NCBI GenBank assembly: GCA_019058445.1
Contig: JAHPZA010000003.1
Coordinates: forward strand, 250,810 to 314,809
Origin: Promethearchaeota archaeon
GTDB lineage: Archaea > Asgardarchaeota > Lokiarchaeia > Sigyniarchaeales > SOKP01
Length of the DNA: 64,000 nt
Reading direction: 5' to 3'
This document shows, one piece after another, positions 48,644-59,073 of this stretch; the stretch's first letter is position 1; each line of letters begins with the position of its first letter. A program made the position numbers and the translations under genes. The notes below the pieces were generated by a model. It had not been told where the DNA came from, did not search any database, and worked only from the letters and a program-made list of their open reading frames with translations.

Positions 48644-50104
48644 CTATAAGTCTTTTATCTTATGAAACCTGTTTCTTTCAATGTATAAATCTATTTTACC
48701 TGCAGACTCCACATCAAATTCCACATTAGTTCTCCCTCCTAGTCCTGATAAGAAATAAAACTTAAATTCATCGAGAGATTCGGGAATTAAAGGAGCACTC
48801 ATCCCATTATTGAAAGGTGTAGGGCCTTCTTCGGGTTCAAGATAAACTACTGCTCCGCGTTTTATTACGGATAATTTATTTATGCCCTTATACGTTTCAT
48901 AAAATCCCTGCAATAATGATAATTTCTGCTCTATCTCGATAAATTTAATATCTTTTAAAGGATTCTTCCCTAATAAAAATACCATAGTTAACAGAGGGAT
49001 TGCAGAAATAAGAGAATTTCCACCTCCAGAATTACATGCACATGCTATGCCAAGCTTTTTCTCTGGTATGAATCCAATGAATGATGTTGATACATTCGTT
49101 CCCCCCACATGAAAAATTGTTGTATGCTCAAAAAAATCCTCAATTATGATCCAACCATAGCCATATCCCACTTTCTCAAATTCCCCTATTGCATCGCGTA
49201 TTATATCAGTTTCAATATAGTTTGTATGCATTTTTTGTATCAAATCTTTATTTAATATCGTTGTTCCCTCAAAAGTACCTTGGTTAATATTCATTTTTAT
49301 GTAATTTATCTGTTCGATAGCCGAACTAAGCAATCCCCCCGGAGCAAAAATATATTTATCGAAGGGATGAGACGCAGGCTCGATTTGGATAATATTTCCA
49401 TTTTCAAATTTTGGAAAGTATGCTGTCATGATATCCGAATCTTTTTCAAACTCATCTCTTAAAAAACAGGAACGTTTCATGTTCAGAGGATTTAGTATGT
49501 TCTCTCTCACATAATCTTCGTATTTCATGTTACTAACTTTTTCAATAACCACACCCAACATTGTATAACTTTCATTTGAATAAGCGAAGCGTTGTCCTGG
49601 CTCAGCTGCAACCTCTTGTTTCGCATCGTTTATGAAAGTTAAATAATCATCCCAGCTACTCAACGGAATATGATATTCATTGTAACCAGCATTACGACCA
49701 AGTAAAATTTCTGCAGTACCAAGATTAGGAATTCCAGATGAATGAGTTAAAAGATGATGAATGGTTATTGGATTTCTTTTCTTACCCAATTTAAAATTGA
49801 AATATTTTTTCACTGGATCATATAAATCTAATTTACCTTGTTCATATAACTGCATTACTGCTAATGCTGTATAAGATTTTGTGCATGAACCAAATCCATA
49901 TAACGTGTTGGGTGTAGCAGGGATATTCATTTCTAAATTTCTAGCACCAAATCCTTTAGCATAAAGTATATCTTCTCCTGAAAGAACGGCTAGACTCATT
50001 CCAGGTATTTTAGATTCTTTCATAATGGAAGCAATGGAACTTTCCAAAAGTTCAAGTATGCCTACCGGAATAGTCTTTGGAGTATCGTTTTGACTCATAG
50101 ACAT
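48644..50104 (-). CDS. Serine hydrolase, beta-lactamase/D-aminopeptidase-like family
   Basis: GSCTK (SxxK), LLTHSSG, YSNESY, PGGLLSS, HVGG. Confidence 0.9.
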   Translation of the reverse strand: MSMSQNDTPKTIPVGILELLESSIASIMKESKIPGMSLAVLSGEDILYAKGFGARNLEMNIPATPNTLYGFGSCTKSYTALAVMQLYEQGKLDLYDPVKKYFNFKLGKKRNPITIHHLLTHSSGIPNLGTAEILLGRNAGYNEYHIPLSSWDDYLTFINDAKQEVAAEPGQRFAYSNESYTMLGVVIEKVSNMKYEDYVRENILNPLNMKRSCFLRDEFEKDSDIMTAYFPKFENGNIIQIEPASHPFDKYIFAPGGLLSSAIEQINYIKMNINQGTFEGTTILNKDLIQKMHTNYIETDIIRDAIGEFEKVGYGYGWIIIEDFFEHTTIFHVGGTNVSTSFIGFIPEKKLGIACACNSGGGNSLISAIPLLTMVFLLGKNPLKDIKFIEIEQKLSLLQGFYETYKGINKLSVIKRGAVVYLEPEEGPTPFNNGMSAPLIPESLDEFKFYFLSGLGGRTNVEFDVESAGKIDLYIERNRFHKIKDL

Positions 50105-50156
50105 ATTAGGATGTTTATTTATTTAAACCTTTTTAGCTTTGGATATTCATAAGACC

Positions 50157-51200
50157 TTAGAAAGTTTTTACAAATTTAATGATATCTTGTATTTTCTCAT
50201 TATCCATAATTAATGTTGGTAAGTTATAAAGAGAATATAGTAAGTTTTCGTCTACCACGTAATTTTTTACTTGTGCTAAAGCTGATTTTAAATGAGTATA
50301 AGATATCCCCTGATGTTTGGGGGTAAAATTTAATTTAATATCATCTAAAAATTGCATTATATCATCTGAAGAGAATTGAGCATATTCCTCCTGTAAATAA
50401 AGACTTATCAAAATATTCATTCCTATAAGATTCCCGTGGATATAATGATCATGAGTAATTGATTCTAAACAATATGCTAAAAAATGCTCACTCCCCTCCT
50501 CAGGACGAGCATTTCCCCATCCTTCACACAAAAGTACCTCCTTATAAAATCCATCCACTAAGGCTTGTATTCCCTTTTCAGTCACGTCTCTAATTTCATT
50601 TCTAGAATCCACTAAATTATTTGCGATGGATTTAGCTCTATTGAAAACACTCTGGTCAAATTTTTCATCTATTTCATCTTTTGCGATTAACCAATCTCCC
50701 AATGCTGACGTGATAGATATTGTGTCTGAAACGCCTGCTCTATTTAGAAATTCTGGAGCCTCTCTAATTAAATCAAAATCAATAATGATATCCTTCGGAT
50801 TACTTTCCCCGATATACTTCACTTTATTATCGATTCTAACGGCAATTGCAGAACATAAAAAAGCATCTACAGAAATGATTGATGGCATAAGATATAGTTC
50901 TAAATTAAAATTAAATTCTTCTTTGAATTTCCAAGCTAAGAATTTTGCTGAATCACACGCCGTACCCCCACCCATACCTACAATAGCATAGTCATCCGTA
51001 ATAAATGGTTCAAAACTGTTGTAAAACTTTTCTAAGCTATCTAAAGACATATCATAATTAAATTCCAAATATGTAGGCTTGTTGGTAATTCTATTTTCAA
51101 TAATTTTCCATGGCTCCTCCATGGTAATGAGAATATATTTATTTAATGAATCTAAAGTATCAACTGCAAGCCATTTACCAAAATTTGGCTTAATAACCAT
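50157..51200 (-). CDS. Glycerol-1-phosphate dehydrogenase-like (EgsA/AraM; iron-ADH/DHQS superfamily) enzyme
   Basis: GMGGGTACDSAKF, SVDAF..S, AGVSD, DW, RPEEGSEHFLAY, HG. Confidence 0.7.
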   Translation of the reverse strand: MVIKPNFGKWLAVDTLDSLNKYILITMEEPWKIIENRITNKPTYLEFNYDMSLDSLEKFYNSFEPFITDDYAIVGMGGGTACDSAKFLAWKFKEEFNFNLELYLMPSIISVDAFLCSAIAVRIDNKVKYIGESNPKDIIIDFDLIREAPEFLNRAGVSDTISITSALGDWLIAKDEIDEKFDQSVFNRAKSIANNLVDSRNEIRDVTEKGIQALVDGFYKEVLLCEGWGNARPEEGSEHFLAYCLESITHDHYIHGNLIGMNILISLYLQEEYAQFSSDDIMQFLDDIKLNFTPKHQGISYTHLKSALAQVKNYVVDENLLYSLYNLPTLIMDNEKIQDIIKFVKTF

Positions 51201-51321
51201 AAATAAAATAAGAAGAAAATAAAAATAAAAATTAGGAAAAGATTTTTTTTATTCTAAATAAAAAATCTTCTAAAAAACTAGACGAGAATTGATTAGACCT
51301 CTCTATTAAATTATTCTGTAT

Positions 51322-52725
51322 TTAAATTTTCAATTGTCGTAATTTGATTTTAATTTCCTCTGCCTTTTGTGGAGTTATGTCGTAATATTTCCAAAAAATT
51401 ATCAAGCCTATAGCAACAAATATTCCAGGTATTAATCCTAAGTGAAGTCTTATGCCAATTAAAGCCAATGGTGTTTGTGTATCTGATCCCTCAACAAAAC
51501 CTGTTAATTCATGAACCGTTGCAAGTGTTATTGCTTGAAGTACCCTTGCTAAATTAATAAAGAAATTCCGAATCCCTCCATAGGTACTCTCTCTACGTTT
51601 TCCACTTATACTTACAGACTCATCGATCACGTCGCTATATACTGGACTTAACATTACCCAGAAACCACCTATAGCTATTCCAAATAGAAAGACAATGATT
51701 ATTATACCTATTAAGCCATAGGTAAAAGTCATTATAATTGCAAAACAAGCCATCAAAAATGCTGAGATTATAAATGTTTTCCGATGATCTTTGGTTTTGT
51801 TAGTATAAAGCAACCAAAATGGAACTGAGACTATTCCGCCTATTAATAGCATTCCTGATATGATAGCCACCATCTCAACCTGTCCTCCTAAATTAAATCT
51901 AGCAAAATATACAAATGAAGCCAACATTGTCTGAACTAAAGCTTGATATAAAGTATACAGACATAAAAACGCAACGAAATTTTTTTGAGAGAACATATCT
52001 TTTAGACTTTTAAAAAAGGAATCTCTTTCCTCTTCCTTATAATGCATTAGATAATTTTCAACCGTTTTTTTGTCATCTCTTACACCAGGGATCATAAAAA
52101 TCCAGCATACGAATGAAATTGCGACGCAAACCCATGCCATTAATGCGTATGAACTAAAATTCCCATAAACTATTATAAAAGAAGGTAATATAAAAGCTAA
52201 AACTGAACCGATAAAACCCAGATATACTTCGAACATTGCCATCGTTCTACGTTCAGATCTATTTCTAAATTTATCAGGAAGTAAAGATAAATAATTTACA
52301 GTCCAAAGAGATTCAACAACATCAAAAAGGCATGTCGAAAAAACCAGCCAGCTGAAGACAATCCAAGGTGATTCTTGAGCATCTATATTCGGTGGCATGA
52401 AGATAAGTAGAAAACATACAAGCATTGGTATATACCCTAACATAATGAATGGAAATCTTCTTCCCCATTTTTTCGTAAACTTAAAGGGGCGATCTGTCAA
52501 ATAACCGATAAGAGGATCATTAAAGGCATCCCAGATTGCGTAAATTGCTATTCCAAGTCCGACTAATAAAGAATTTAATCCAATTTCAGCCTCGTAAAAG
52601 AAAAATATCAAAAGACTGAGCACTCCTTGGATTAATTCAATAGGAAGACTTGTCACATTGTAAGAAATAAGTTCTTTTTTAGAATGAAGCTTTATGGGAT
52701 AGTTATTACTTTCATTAACGTCCAT
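51322..52725 (-). CDS. GPH/MelB-like MFS transporter, paralogue 6
   Basis: WDAFNDP..WGRRFPF; DVIDE..KRRESTY. Confidence 0.92.
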   Translation of the reverse strand: MDVNESNNYPIKLHSKKELISYNVTSLPIELIQGVLSLLIFFFYEAEIGLNSLLVGLGIAIYAIWDAFNDPLIGYLTDRPFKFTKKWGRRFPFIMLGYIPMLVCFLLIFMPPNIDAQESPWIVFSWLVFSTCLFDVVESLWTVNYLSLLPDKFRNRSERRTMAMFEVYLGFIGSVLAFILPSFIIVYGNFSSYALMAWVCVAISFVCWIFMIPGVRDDKKTVENYLMHYKEEERDSFFKSLKDMFSQKNFVAFLCLYTLYQALVQTMLASFVYFARFNLGGQVEMVAIISGMLLIGGIVSVPFWLLYTNKTKDHRKTFIISAFLMACFAIIMTFTYGLIGIIIIVFLFGIAIGGFWVMLSPVYSDVIDESVSISGKRRESTYGGIRNFFINLARVLQAITLATVHELTGFVEGSDTQTPLALIGIRLHLGLIPGIFVAIGLIIFWKYYDITPQKAEEIKIKLRQLKI

Positions 52726-52813
52726 TTTCTAATTCTCCTAATTAATTTTAATGATTTTATTATTAGTTTTTAATGTTTATAAATCTATTTTTAACTAATT
52801 TCAATTCCTCAAT

Positions 52814-54733
52814 TTATCTAAACCATCTCTTTGCGGTTATAATTCGGTTGAAAATCCATAAAAATAGATTTCCATCATTTTCAGGCCTCCAAGCTTTCCA
52901 CGTTTCTGAAGGAATAAAGCCATGGTCCACCATTAAATCCGGAAAAGGGCCGAGATTTTTCTTATTCCATTTTATATCTGCTGTAATAATGGTTCTCTCG
53001 TTTGAATTAGCATTTTTAGGGATAGTTATTAAGATTGGAATTGCCTTAAAAGTATTAGGTTCAATAATTATTGTTTCACTTGAGGGGGAAGCCTTCCAGC
53101 TATCGGGTAAATTCACGCTATATTCTAACTTGCTTTGCTTGTTGAGATAATTCCGAATAATAAGATTGGTCTTAAATTCATCTCCTGGTTTGGCTACAAT
53201 TCTGATCGGTTTGAAGCAAATCCAATTTGGATCAAGCCCCATATTTGGATTATCCTGTGCTACAATATCGTTAATTACAGGTTCGTATTCAGAAACAAAT
53301 TCTTTAAATTTCTTTAATAGGGATTGGTCTACTTTGATAATACCGTAATGACTAATGGCAATATACTCAGGGTTACATTTCAATAAAATATCAGCACATT
53401 TCATAAATCCAACTTGTTCCCCTAATCTACAGAAGTTAAGTCCATTTAAATTCGTATCCCGATCTACAAACGATCTTTGTGTAATTGTATCTCCTGCAAA
53501 AAAGATAGATTTTCCATCAATCTTTCCGAAAAGACTCATATGATATTCTGTTTGACCGGGGAAGTGGAAAATCTGGAATTCATACTCGTCCCATTTGAAA
53601 ATTTCCTTATCCTTTAAGACTCGATCTACCTTAATTTGCTGGTCTATTAAACATCCAATTCTATAGTGCGTAGGATTTTCCAAAACATCTACCATATTCT
53701 CTAAAGCATACACTTTAAGCCCTTGTTTATGCTGCAAAAGCGGGATTCCTGATGTATGATCATCATGGTAATGCGTTGGTAAAATAAAATCAATTGTTTC
53801 AATATTATTCTCTTTTAAAATCTTTTGTAATTCGGGGAGTTCATATCCATGCTCATCATCTCCAGCAAAATCAATTAGCATACAATTTTTATTATTCCCT
53901 TTAATTATGAATGGAGGACAGATATCTCTATGAAAAATATGTGGAAATTCTTGTTTTATATCAACAGTTTTCATTTCCCTTTCAGTTAATTCAGGTACCT
54001 CAATATCTATCCCCGAAAATCTGGAACAAAATGAAAATCTAGCCCGTTCGAATTTGTTTTTTAAAAGATCGATCTCTTTTTTGGGACTATCAATAATTGC
54101 TCCATGCGAGGGTAATAATACATCAGGGTGGGATTCCATTAGTTTTTTAAAGGATTCAAGTGAGCGCTTTATACCTCCCTCTCCATTATCATTATAGATA
54201 TATTCTAAATCATAATACGTAATCACTTTCGCACCAGAATGAATTAAATCTCCTGTAAATGCAAGAACTTTTCCATTATATTCCAAGATATAGGAAATTG
54301 AGCCTGTTGTATGGCCACTTGTACGAAGGATTTTAAATTGGAAAGGGTTCCAGTTAAAAATGTCACCATTCTTAAAGGTTTTCTCTAAAGGAATATTATA
54401 AGTCGAAACAAAAAATGTAGGTTTAAAATAGTAAAGATTATAGTAAGGTTGTGTTTTCCAGAATTCCTCAGCAGAAACAAACAATTTTCTTTCATGACGT
54501 GGAGCTGCTATTTTAATATTGCGCTCTAATGCCTTTATATCACCAAAACATTGATCTCGATGATAATGTGTGTGAAAAATATAATCAATCGTATCAATAC
54601 CTAATTCCGGTAAATAGTTTAATATGGCTCCTGAGCCGAAATCTATAAGTATTGCCTTTTTTCCATTTTTGATTACGTAAACATTTATAACGTCCTTAAA
54701 AAGATAAATATCTTTAAAAATTTCAGTAGACAT
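52814..54733 (-). CDS. Tandem metallo-beta-lactamase-fold hydrolase with C-terminal Ig-like domain
   Basis: THYHRDQ/GHT/GD/PSHG in domain 1 and THYHDDH/GQT/GD/SHY in domain 2; VNLPDSW beta-sandwich region at the end. Confidence 0.85.
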   Translation of the reverse strand: MSTEIFKDIYLFKDVINVYVIKNGKKAILIDFGSGAILNYLPELGIDTIDYIFHTHYHRDQCFGDIKALERNIKIAAPRHERKLFVSAEEFWKTQPYYNLYYFKPTFFVSTYNIPLEKTFKNGDIFNWNPFQFKILRTSGHTTGSISYILEYNGKVLAFTGDLIHSGAKVITYYDLEYIYNDNGEGGIKRSLESFKKLMESHPDVLLPSHGAIIDSPKKEIDLLKNKFERARFSFCSRFSGIDIEVPELTEREMKTVDIKQEFPHIFHRDICPPFIIKGNNKNCMLIDFAGDDEHGYELPELQKILKENNIETIDFILPTHYHDDHTSGIPLLQHKQGLKVYALENMVDVLENPTHYRIGCLIDQQIKVDRVLKDKEIFKWDEYEFQIFHFPGQTEYHMSLFGKIDGKSIFFAGDTITQRSFVDRDTNLNGLNFCRLGEQVGFMKCADILLKCNPEYIAISHYGIIKVDQSLLKKFKEFVSEYEPVINDIVAQDNPNMGLDPNWICFKPIRIVAKPGDEFKTNLIIRNYLNKQSKLEYSVNLPDSWKASPSSETIIIEPNTFKAIPILITIPKNANSNERTIITADIKWNKKNLGPFPDLMVDHGFIPSETWKAWRPENDGNLFLWIFNRIITAKRWFR

Positions 54734-54756
54734 TTTTCAAGGAATAAAATATATTA

Positions 54757-55113
54757 TTAAATTTTATCCATTAAATAATCAATAAATTCTGAATCAATGG
54801 TACCAAACACCCTAATCACATCTTCTGATTTAAATGCTTTAAAATCATCAAAACTAAGGTCTATATCGTCTCCTGTTTCTAAGGACTTGAACATTTTTAG
54901 TTTAAAAAAATTATAAACTAACTCATATGAATAAACTTCTGTATTTTTTGAGTCTAAAATTAATTGGCTATTATAATTTTCCTCAATTTCCTTTATTAGA
55001 TCTTTAATTTTAATATTTTTTAAATTATTCTGCTGTAAAAATTCTGAAATATTGAGAAAACTATTTATTTCTATTTCCTTCGTTATTAATTCTACAATTT
55101 CTTTTGATTCCAT
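54757..55113 (-). CDS. Hypothetical protein (possible winged-helix-like)
   Basis: 118-aa ORF, tightly spaced in a three-gene cluster. Confidence 0.6.
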   Translation of the reverse strand: MESKEIVELITKEIEINSFLNISEFLQQNNLKNIKIKDLIKEIEENYNSQLILDSKNTEVYSYELVYNFFKLKMFKSLETGDDIDLSFDDFKAFKSEDVIRVFGTIDSEFIDYLMDKI

Positions 55114-55124
55114 AATTTTGAATA

Positions 55125-55781
55125 TTATATTTTAGTAATCGTTTTATTTTTAATATCTATCAAAATGTTAGAATATGCCTCTAAAGGAAAAAAACTGCGA
55201 AATAGTCTAATATCTTCTAATTTTTCTTCATTCAATACTTTTAAATTTCCGCTCTCAATAATCTTCTGATATTGTTCAAATTTGTCCCTTATAATTTCAA
55301 AACGTTGAATTTTTGAATAGAGCTCCTTAAATTTTTCTTTAAAATGATGAAAATTGGTTAAACTTTCTTTTAATTTATCACATTTATCTTTAAATACATC
55401 TCGCTTGATTTTTTCATGAAATATATCGCAAAATAAAAGTTTAAATGGTGATATAGAATCATTTTCATTTAATTGCTTAAATAAATCATGTTGTTTATTA
55501 AAATTAATTAATTCATCCGTGTCAATGAATCTTTGAAAAATTCTTTTAATACTTTGATTTAATCTATTAAAATCTTTTAGTTTAATTTTAGATTCTAATA
55601 TTTCCTTTATGGTATTTCTTAAATAATAGAATCCTAATGTAAGTTTTGTTTCTTCAACTTGATTATCAGGATTGATGAGGGTAACTCTAATTTTCCCTAA
55701 ATTAAATATGCGCTCCTTGGCAAGATCTTGAAAGTTTTTAATTTTGTCCTGTAATACATTTAAAGAATATTCTAAACTCAT
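55125..55781 (-). CDS. Hypothetical helical protein
   Basis: 218-aa ORF, 1 bp from the upstream gene. Confidence 0.65.
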   Translation of the reverse strand: MSLEYSLNVLQDKIKNFQDLAKERIFNLGKIRVTLINPDNQVEETKLTLGFYYLRNTIKEILESKIKLKDFNRLNQSIKRIFQRFIDTDELINFNKQHDLFKQLNENDSISPFKLLFCDIFHEKIKRDVFKDKCDKLKESLTNFHHFKEKFKELYSKIQRFEIIRDKFEQYQKIIESGNLKVLNEEKLEDIRLFRSFFPLEAYSNILIDIKNKTITKI

Positions 55782-55782
55782 A

Positions 55783-56514
55783 TTAATTTGGATTTTGGTT
55801 GATTTCAGTTAATGAATTTTTTTCAAATTTTAATTTTTGAACCATAATATCATAGATTTTTTCTCTTACCTCTTTATTATCGGTAAAATCAATATGATCC
55901 ATTTTTAGAAAGAATTCTCCAAATTCTTTTTGGATTTCAGATGTAAATTGGTTCATCCTTTCTATTAATATTGGTGAAGGTACTCTTCCTAAAATAAATA
56001 ACACCGCTAAATCACTATCTTGAAAACGAATCATCTTAAATTCCATACCCTCAACACTTAATCCTTTAAGTTGTCGTTCAATGGCCTCCTGACTAAAGCT
56101 AGTTATTGCAGTAAAAAGACCAATAACTAACTCAATACTTTTTTTAAAGATTGAATGATTCCAACCAAATTTTACAAGCCCAGCTGACGCGTTAAAAATT
56201 ATATAACTCTTAATACATTCTACGTCAGGATCGCCTTTAAGTAACTCTATTAAATATAACCGAATTAACTCCAGTTCTTGATTAAAATCCGGGAGCTCAA
56301 AAAGATCTTCAAAATCACTTACTTTTTTTTCTAAATTTGACTCAATGATTAATTCAATCGTTGATTTAATATCCATTAAATAATCTTCATTTTGCAGATT
56401 GCTTTTTAATATATCTTCAGTGCCCTCAGAACGATTTTCAAATTTCTCTAATAAATAAACCTTCCTTAACTTATCAAATGCATCAACAATTCCAGGAGTT
56501 ATAGCATTTATCAA
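55783..56514 (-). CDS. Protein with C-terminal longin-like domain
   Basis: YIIFNASAGLVKF..ELVIGLFTAITSFSQE..LKGLSVEG..VLFIL..IQKEF follows the beta-beta-alpha-beta-beta-beta-alpha longin order. Confidence 0.6.
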   Translation of the reverse strand: MINAITPGIVDAFDKLRKVYLLEKFENRSEGTEDILKSNLQNEDYLMDIKSTIELIIESNLEKKVSDFEDLFELPDFNQELELIRLYLIELLKGDPDVECIKSYIIFNASAGLVKFGWNHSIFKKSIELVIGLFTAITSFSQEAIERQLKGLSVEGMEFKMIRFQDSDLAVLFILGRVPSPILIERMNQFTSEIQKEFGEFFLKMDHIDFTDNKEVREKIYDIMVQKLKFEKNSLTEINQNPN

Positions 56515-56743
56515 TTTAATCTCAATGACTCAAAAAATTTAGTTTTGTTATTATTTCACTATATTTATATAAATTCTGTTATTTTAATTATTTCTTATTA
56601 AAACAATTATTCTTGTTGTTAATGGTTAACATAAAATAATAAAAATAAAATTTTAAATAGAATTGGTTAGACTAGATATTTGCTATTTTTGTCAGGAAAA
56701 TTGGAGATTATAATAATTTATTTCAGTATTAGAGGAGTTTTTT

Positions 56744-58621
56744 ATGGAAATTAATTTAGAAAACCTTGATGATCAATTAAGATGTTTTTATGAATTCTCT
56801 TTAGATTTCCTCTTTATTTTGGATTTAAATGAGAAAATTCTTGATATGAATTCTATTGCTTTAGAAAATCTGGAATATACGAGAGAGGAGATTTTCAATA
56901 GAACCTTGAATGAATTTATTTTAAATGAAGATGTTAAGATATTTGAAGAATATATTATCAAAATCAAGAAAAAAGAAAAACCTATAGAAAAGATCACCAT
57001 AAGATTAAAAAAAAAATATGGTACTTATTTAGATTTGGAATTAAATGGAGTACCAATTCAGACAAAAGATAATAAGTATATAATATTAGTGATAGCTCAT
57101 GATATCACAGAATACAAAGAAGCTAAACAAAAACTAATAGAATCGGAAGAAGAATATAGACTAATTACAGAAAATGCCAACGATCTTATTGCCATTGTAA
57201 ATCAAAAATATGAACATGAATTTATTAATGAACAAACTTACATGAATATTTTAGGGTATTCTAATAAAGATATGCTAGGAAAAACCAGATTAGACATAGT
57301 ACATCCTGATGATTTGGAAAAAGGAATGAATGCTTATAAAACTGGCTTTCTAAATGGCGTAGGAACAGTTGAGCTAAGACTCCGACACAAACAAGGACAT
57401 TATATCTGTTTTGAATTTAAAGGTAAGACATATCGGAATTTAAAAGGTGATTTGAAAGGCTTATTAATTGGCAGAGAAATTACACAACGGAAAAAAACAG
57501 AGCTAAAATTAAAAGAATCGGAAGAAAAATATCGGAATATTACGGAACAATCTTTAATGGGTATTGGCATAATCCAAGATAATAAAATTAGGTTCATCAA
57601 TAAGACTTGTGCTGATATATTCGGATATACTATTGAAGAAATGATGCAATGGGAATTAAAAGATGTTATTAATGCTATGCATCCTGAAGATAGAAATTTT
57701 CTGATACCACAATTAACCAAAAAACAGAGAGGAGAGAAAGGATTTGAAATTTCTTATCAATATCGTGGTATTAAAAAATCGGGTGAATTAATATGGATTG
57801 AGAATTATTCTAATTCAATTCAATTTAGAGGTAAACCTGCAGATCTTATAACTGTGATAGATATTACGGAGCAAAAAATAGCAGAACAAAGGTTAAGAGA
57901 ATCTGAAGAAAACTATCGAAAAGCATATGAACGAGAAAATTTTTATAAAGATTTGTTTGCTCATGATATGAGCAATATTCTTCAAGGAATGCTTATATCT
58001 CTAGAAATTTATGGATTAGAATTTAGTTCTCCTAAAGAATCTTATATTTCTAAGGAAATTTTAAATATATATGAAGATCAAGTAAAAAGAGCCATTAGTT
58101 TAGTGAATAATGTAATAAAATTTTCTGAACTTGATCAAGCTCAGATAATATTAAAAAAAATAGACTTTAGAAAAACAATTAAAGAAGCTTATAATCTCAT
58201 TTTAAATCAAGTAGCAGATAAGAAAATCAATCTACAATTAAACTTCTCGTCTGATATCTTTTTTATAAAAGCTGATAATTTTTTATTGGATGTATTTGAA
58301 AATCTACTCTATAATTCTGTTAAACATAATGAGAATCAAGAAATTGAGATTCTCATTAAATCATCTACCATCCAAAAAGAAAAAAATCGATTTTTGAAAT
58401 TAGAAATAATTGATAATGGAGTAGGTATCCCTGACGAGAGAAAAGAAAGTATATTTATGAGAGTAAATAAGGAAGATAAAAGTGTTAGTGGAATAGGACT
58501 TGGTCTTTCTCTTGTAAAAAAAATCCTTGAGAATTATAATGCAGAAATATATGTTGAAAATAGAATCAGTGAAGACTATACTAAAGGCAGTAATTTTATT
58601 TTAGTATTTTCGGACGTATGA
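56744..58621 (+). CDS. Cytoplasmic 3xPAS sensor histidine kinase
   Basis: Three PAS/PAC domains (HDITE, VHPDD, MHPED, IDITE); H-box FAHDMSN; ENLLYNSVKH, DNGVGI, GIGLGLSLV. Confidence 0.93.
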   Translation: MEINLENLDDQLRCFYEFSLDFLFILDLNEKILDMNSIALENLEYTREEIFNRTLNEFILNEDVKIFEEYIIKIKKKEKPIEKITIRLKKKYGTYLDLELNGVPIQTKDNKYIILVIAHDITEYKEAKQKLIESEEEYRLITENANDLIAIVNQKYEHEFINEQTYMNILGYSNKDMLGKTRLDIVHPDDLEKGMNAYKTGFLNGVGTVELRLRHKQGHYICFEFKGKTYRNLKGDLKGLLIGREITQRKKTELKLKESEEKYRNITEQSLMGIGIIQDNKIRFINKTCADIFGYTIEEMMQWELKDVINAMHPEDRNFLIPQLTKKQRGEKGFEISYQYRGIKKSGELIWIENYSNSIQFRGKPADLITVIDITEQKIAEQRLRESEENYRKAYERENFYKDLFAHDMSNILQGMLISLEIYGLEFSSPKESYISKEILNIYEDQVKRAISLVNNVIKFSELDQAQIILKKIDFRKTIKEAYNLILNQVADKKINLQLNFSSDIFFIKADNFLLDVFENLLYNSVKHNENQEIEILIKSSTIQKEKNRFLKLEIIDNGVGIPDERKESIFMRVNKEDKSVSGIGLGLSLVKKILENYNAEIYVENRISEDYTKGSNFILVFSDV

Positions 58622-59073
58622 AAGGATTTGAATAGGCAAAAAAAAAAATTATTAATTGTTTATAATTTCATTTCAAATGCATCTATAATTTCAGGATTTA
58701 AAGTATTTATCAAACTAATCGTGATTATTCTTAAAATTATTATTTATTCCTTTTCTATTATATTTATATCAGTTCTTTTATTTTAATTAATTCTTTCCAA
58801 AATCTCTATTCTAATAATAGTTGTTAATAAAATGTTTCGAAATGAGATATAATAAATATTCTTTTAAGCTTCAATATCTTTAATAAATAAATTTAAAATT
58901 CTATGTCTTTCCCTTAAGATTTAATAAAATTTACCATAAAAGAAAAATTTTTAATAAAAGTAATTTTATTTGAAAGTTATAAACGATTTATCCAAATAAA
59001 TTAAATCAACAATTATCAATTAAATTGTGAGTAGTTAATATGCTTATAATTAGGTGATTTAGAAATATCAGAA

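Noticed and set aside
48644-54733. Antibiotic-resistance calls for the beta-lactamase-like and MBL-fold proteins
   Set aside because: The motifs indicate only broad hydrolase superfamilies, and the context is catabolic.
57007-57016. A10 tract in the histidine kinase and other A/T8-10 runs as phase-variation sites
   Set aside because: Such runs are common in this AT-rich sequence (Lys codons, terminator-like T-tracts).
58622-59073. 450-bp intergenic gap as an RNA gene
   Set aside because: Extremely AT-rich, with no stable stems or tRNA/rRNA signatures visible.
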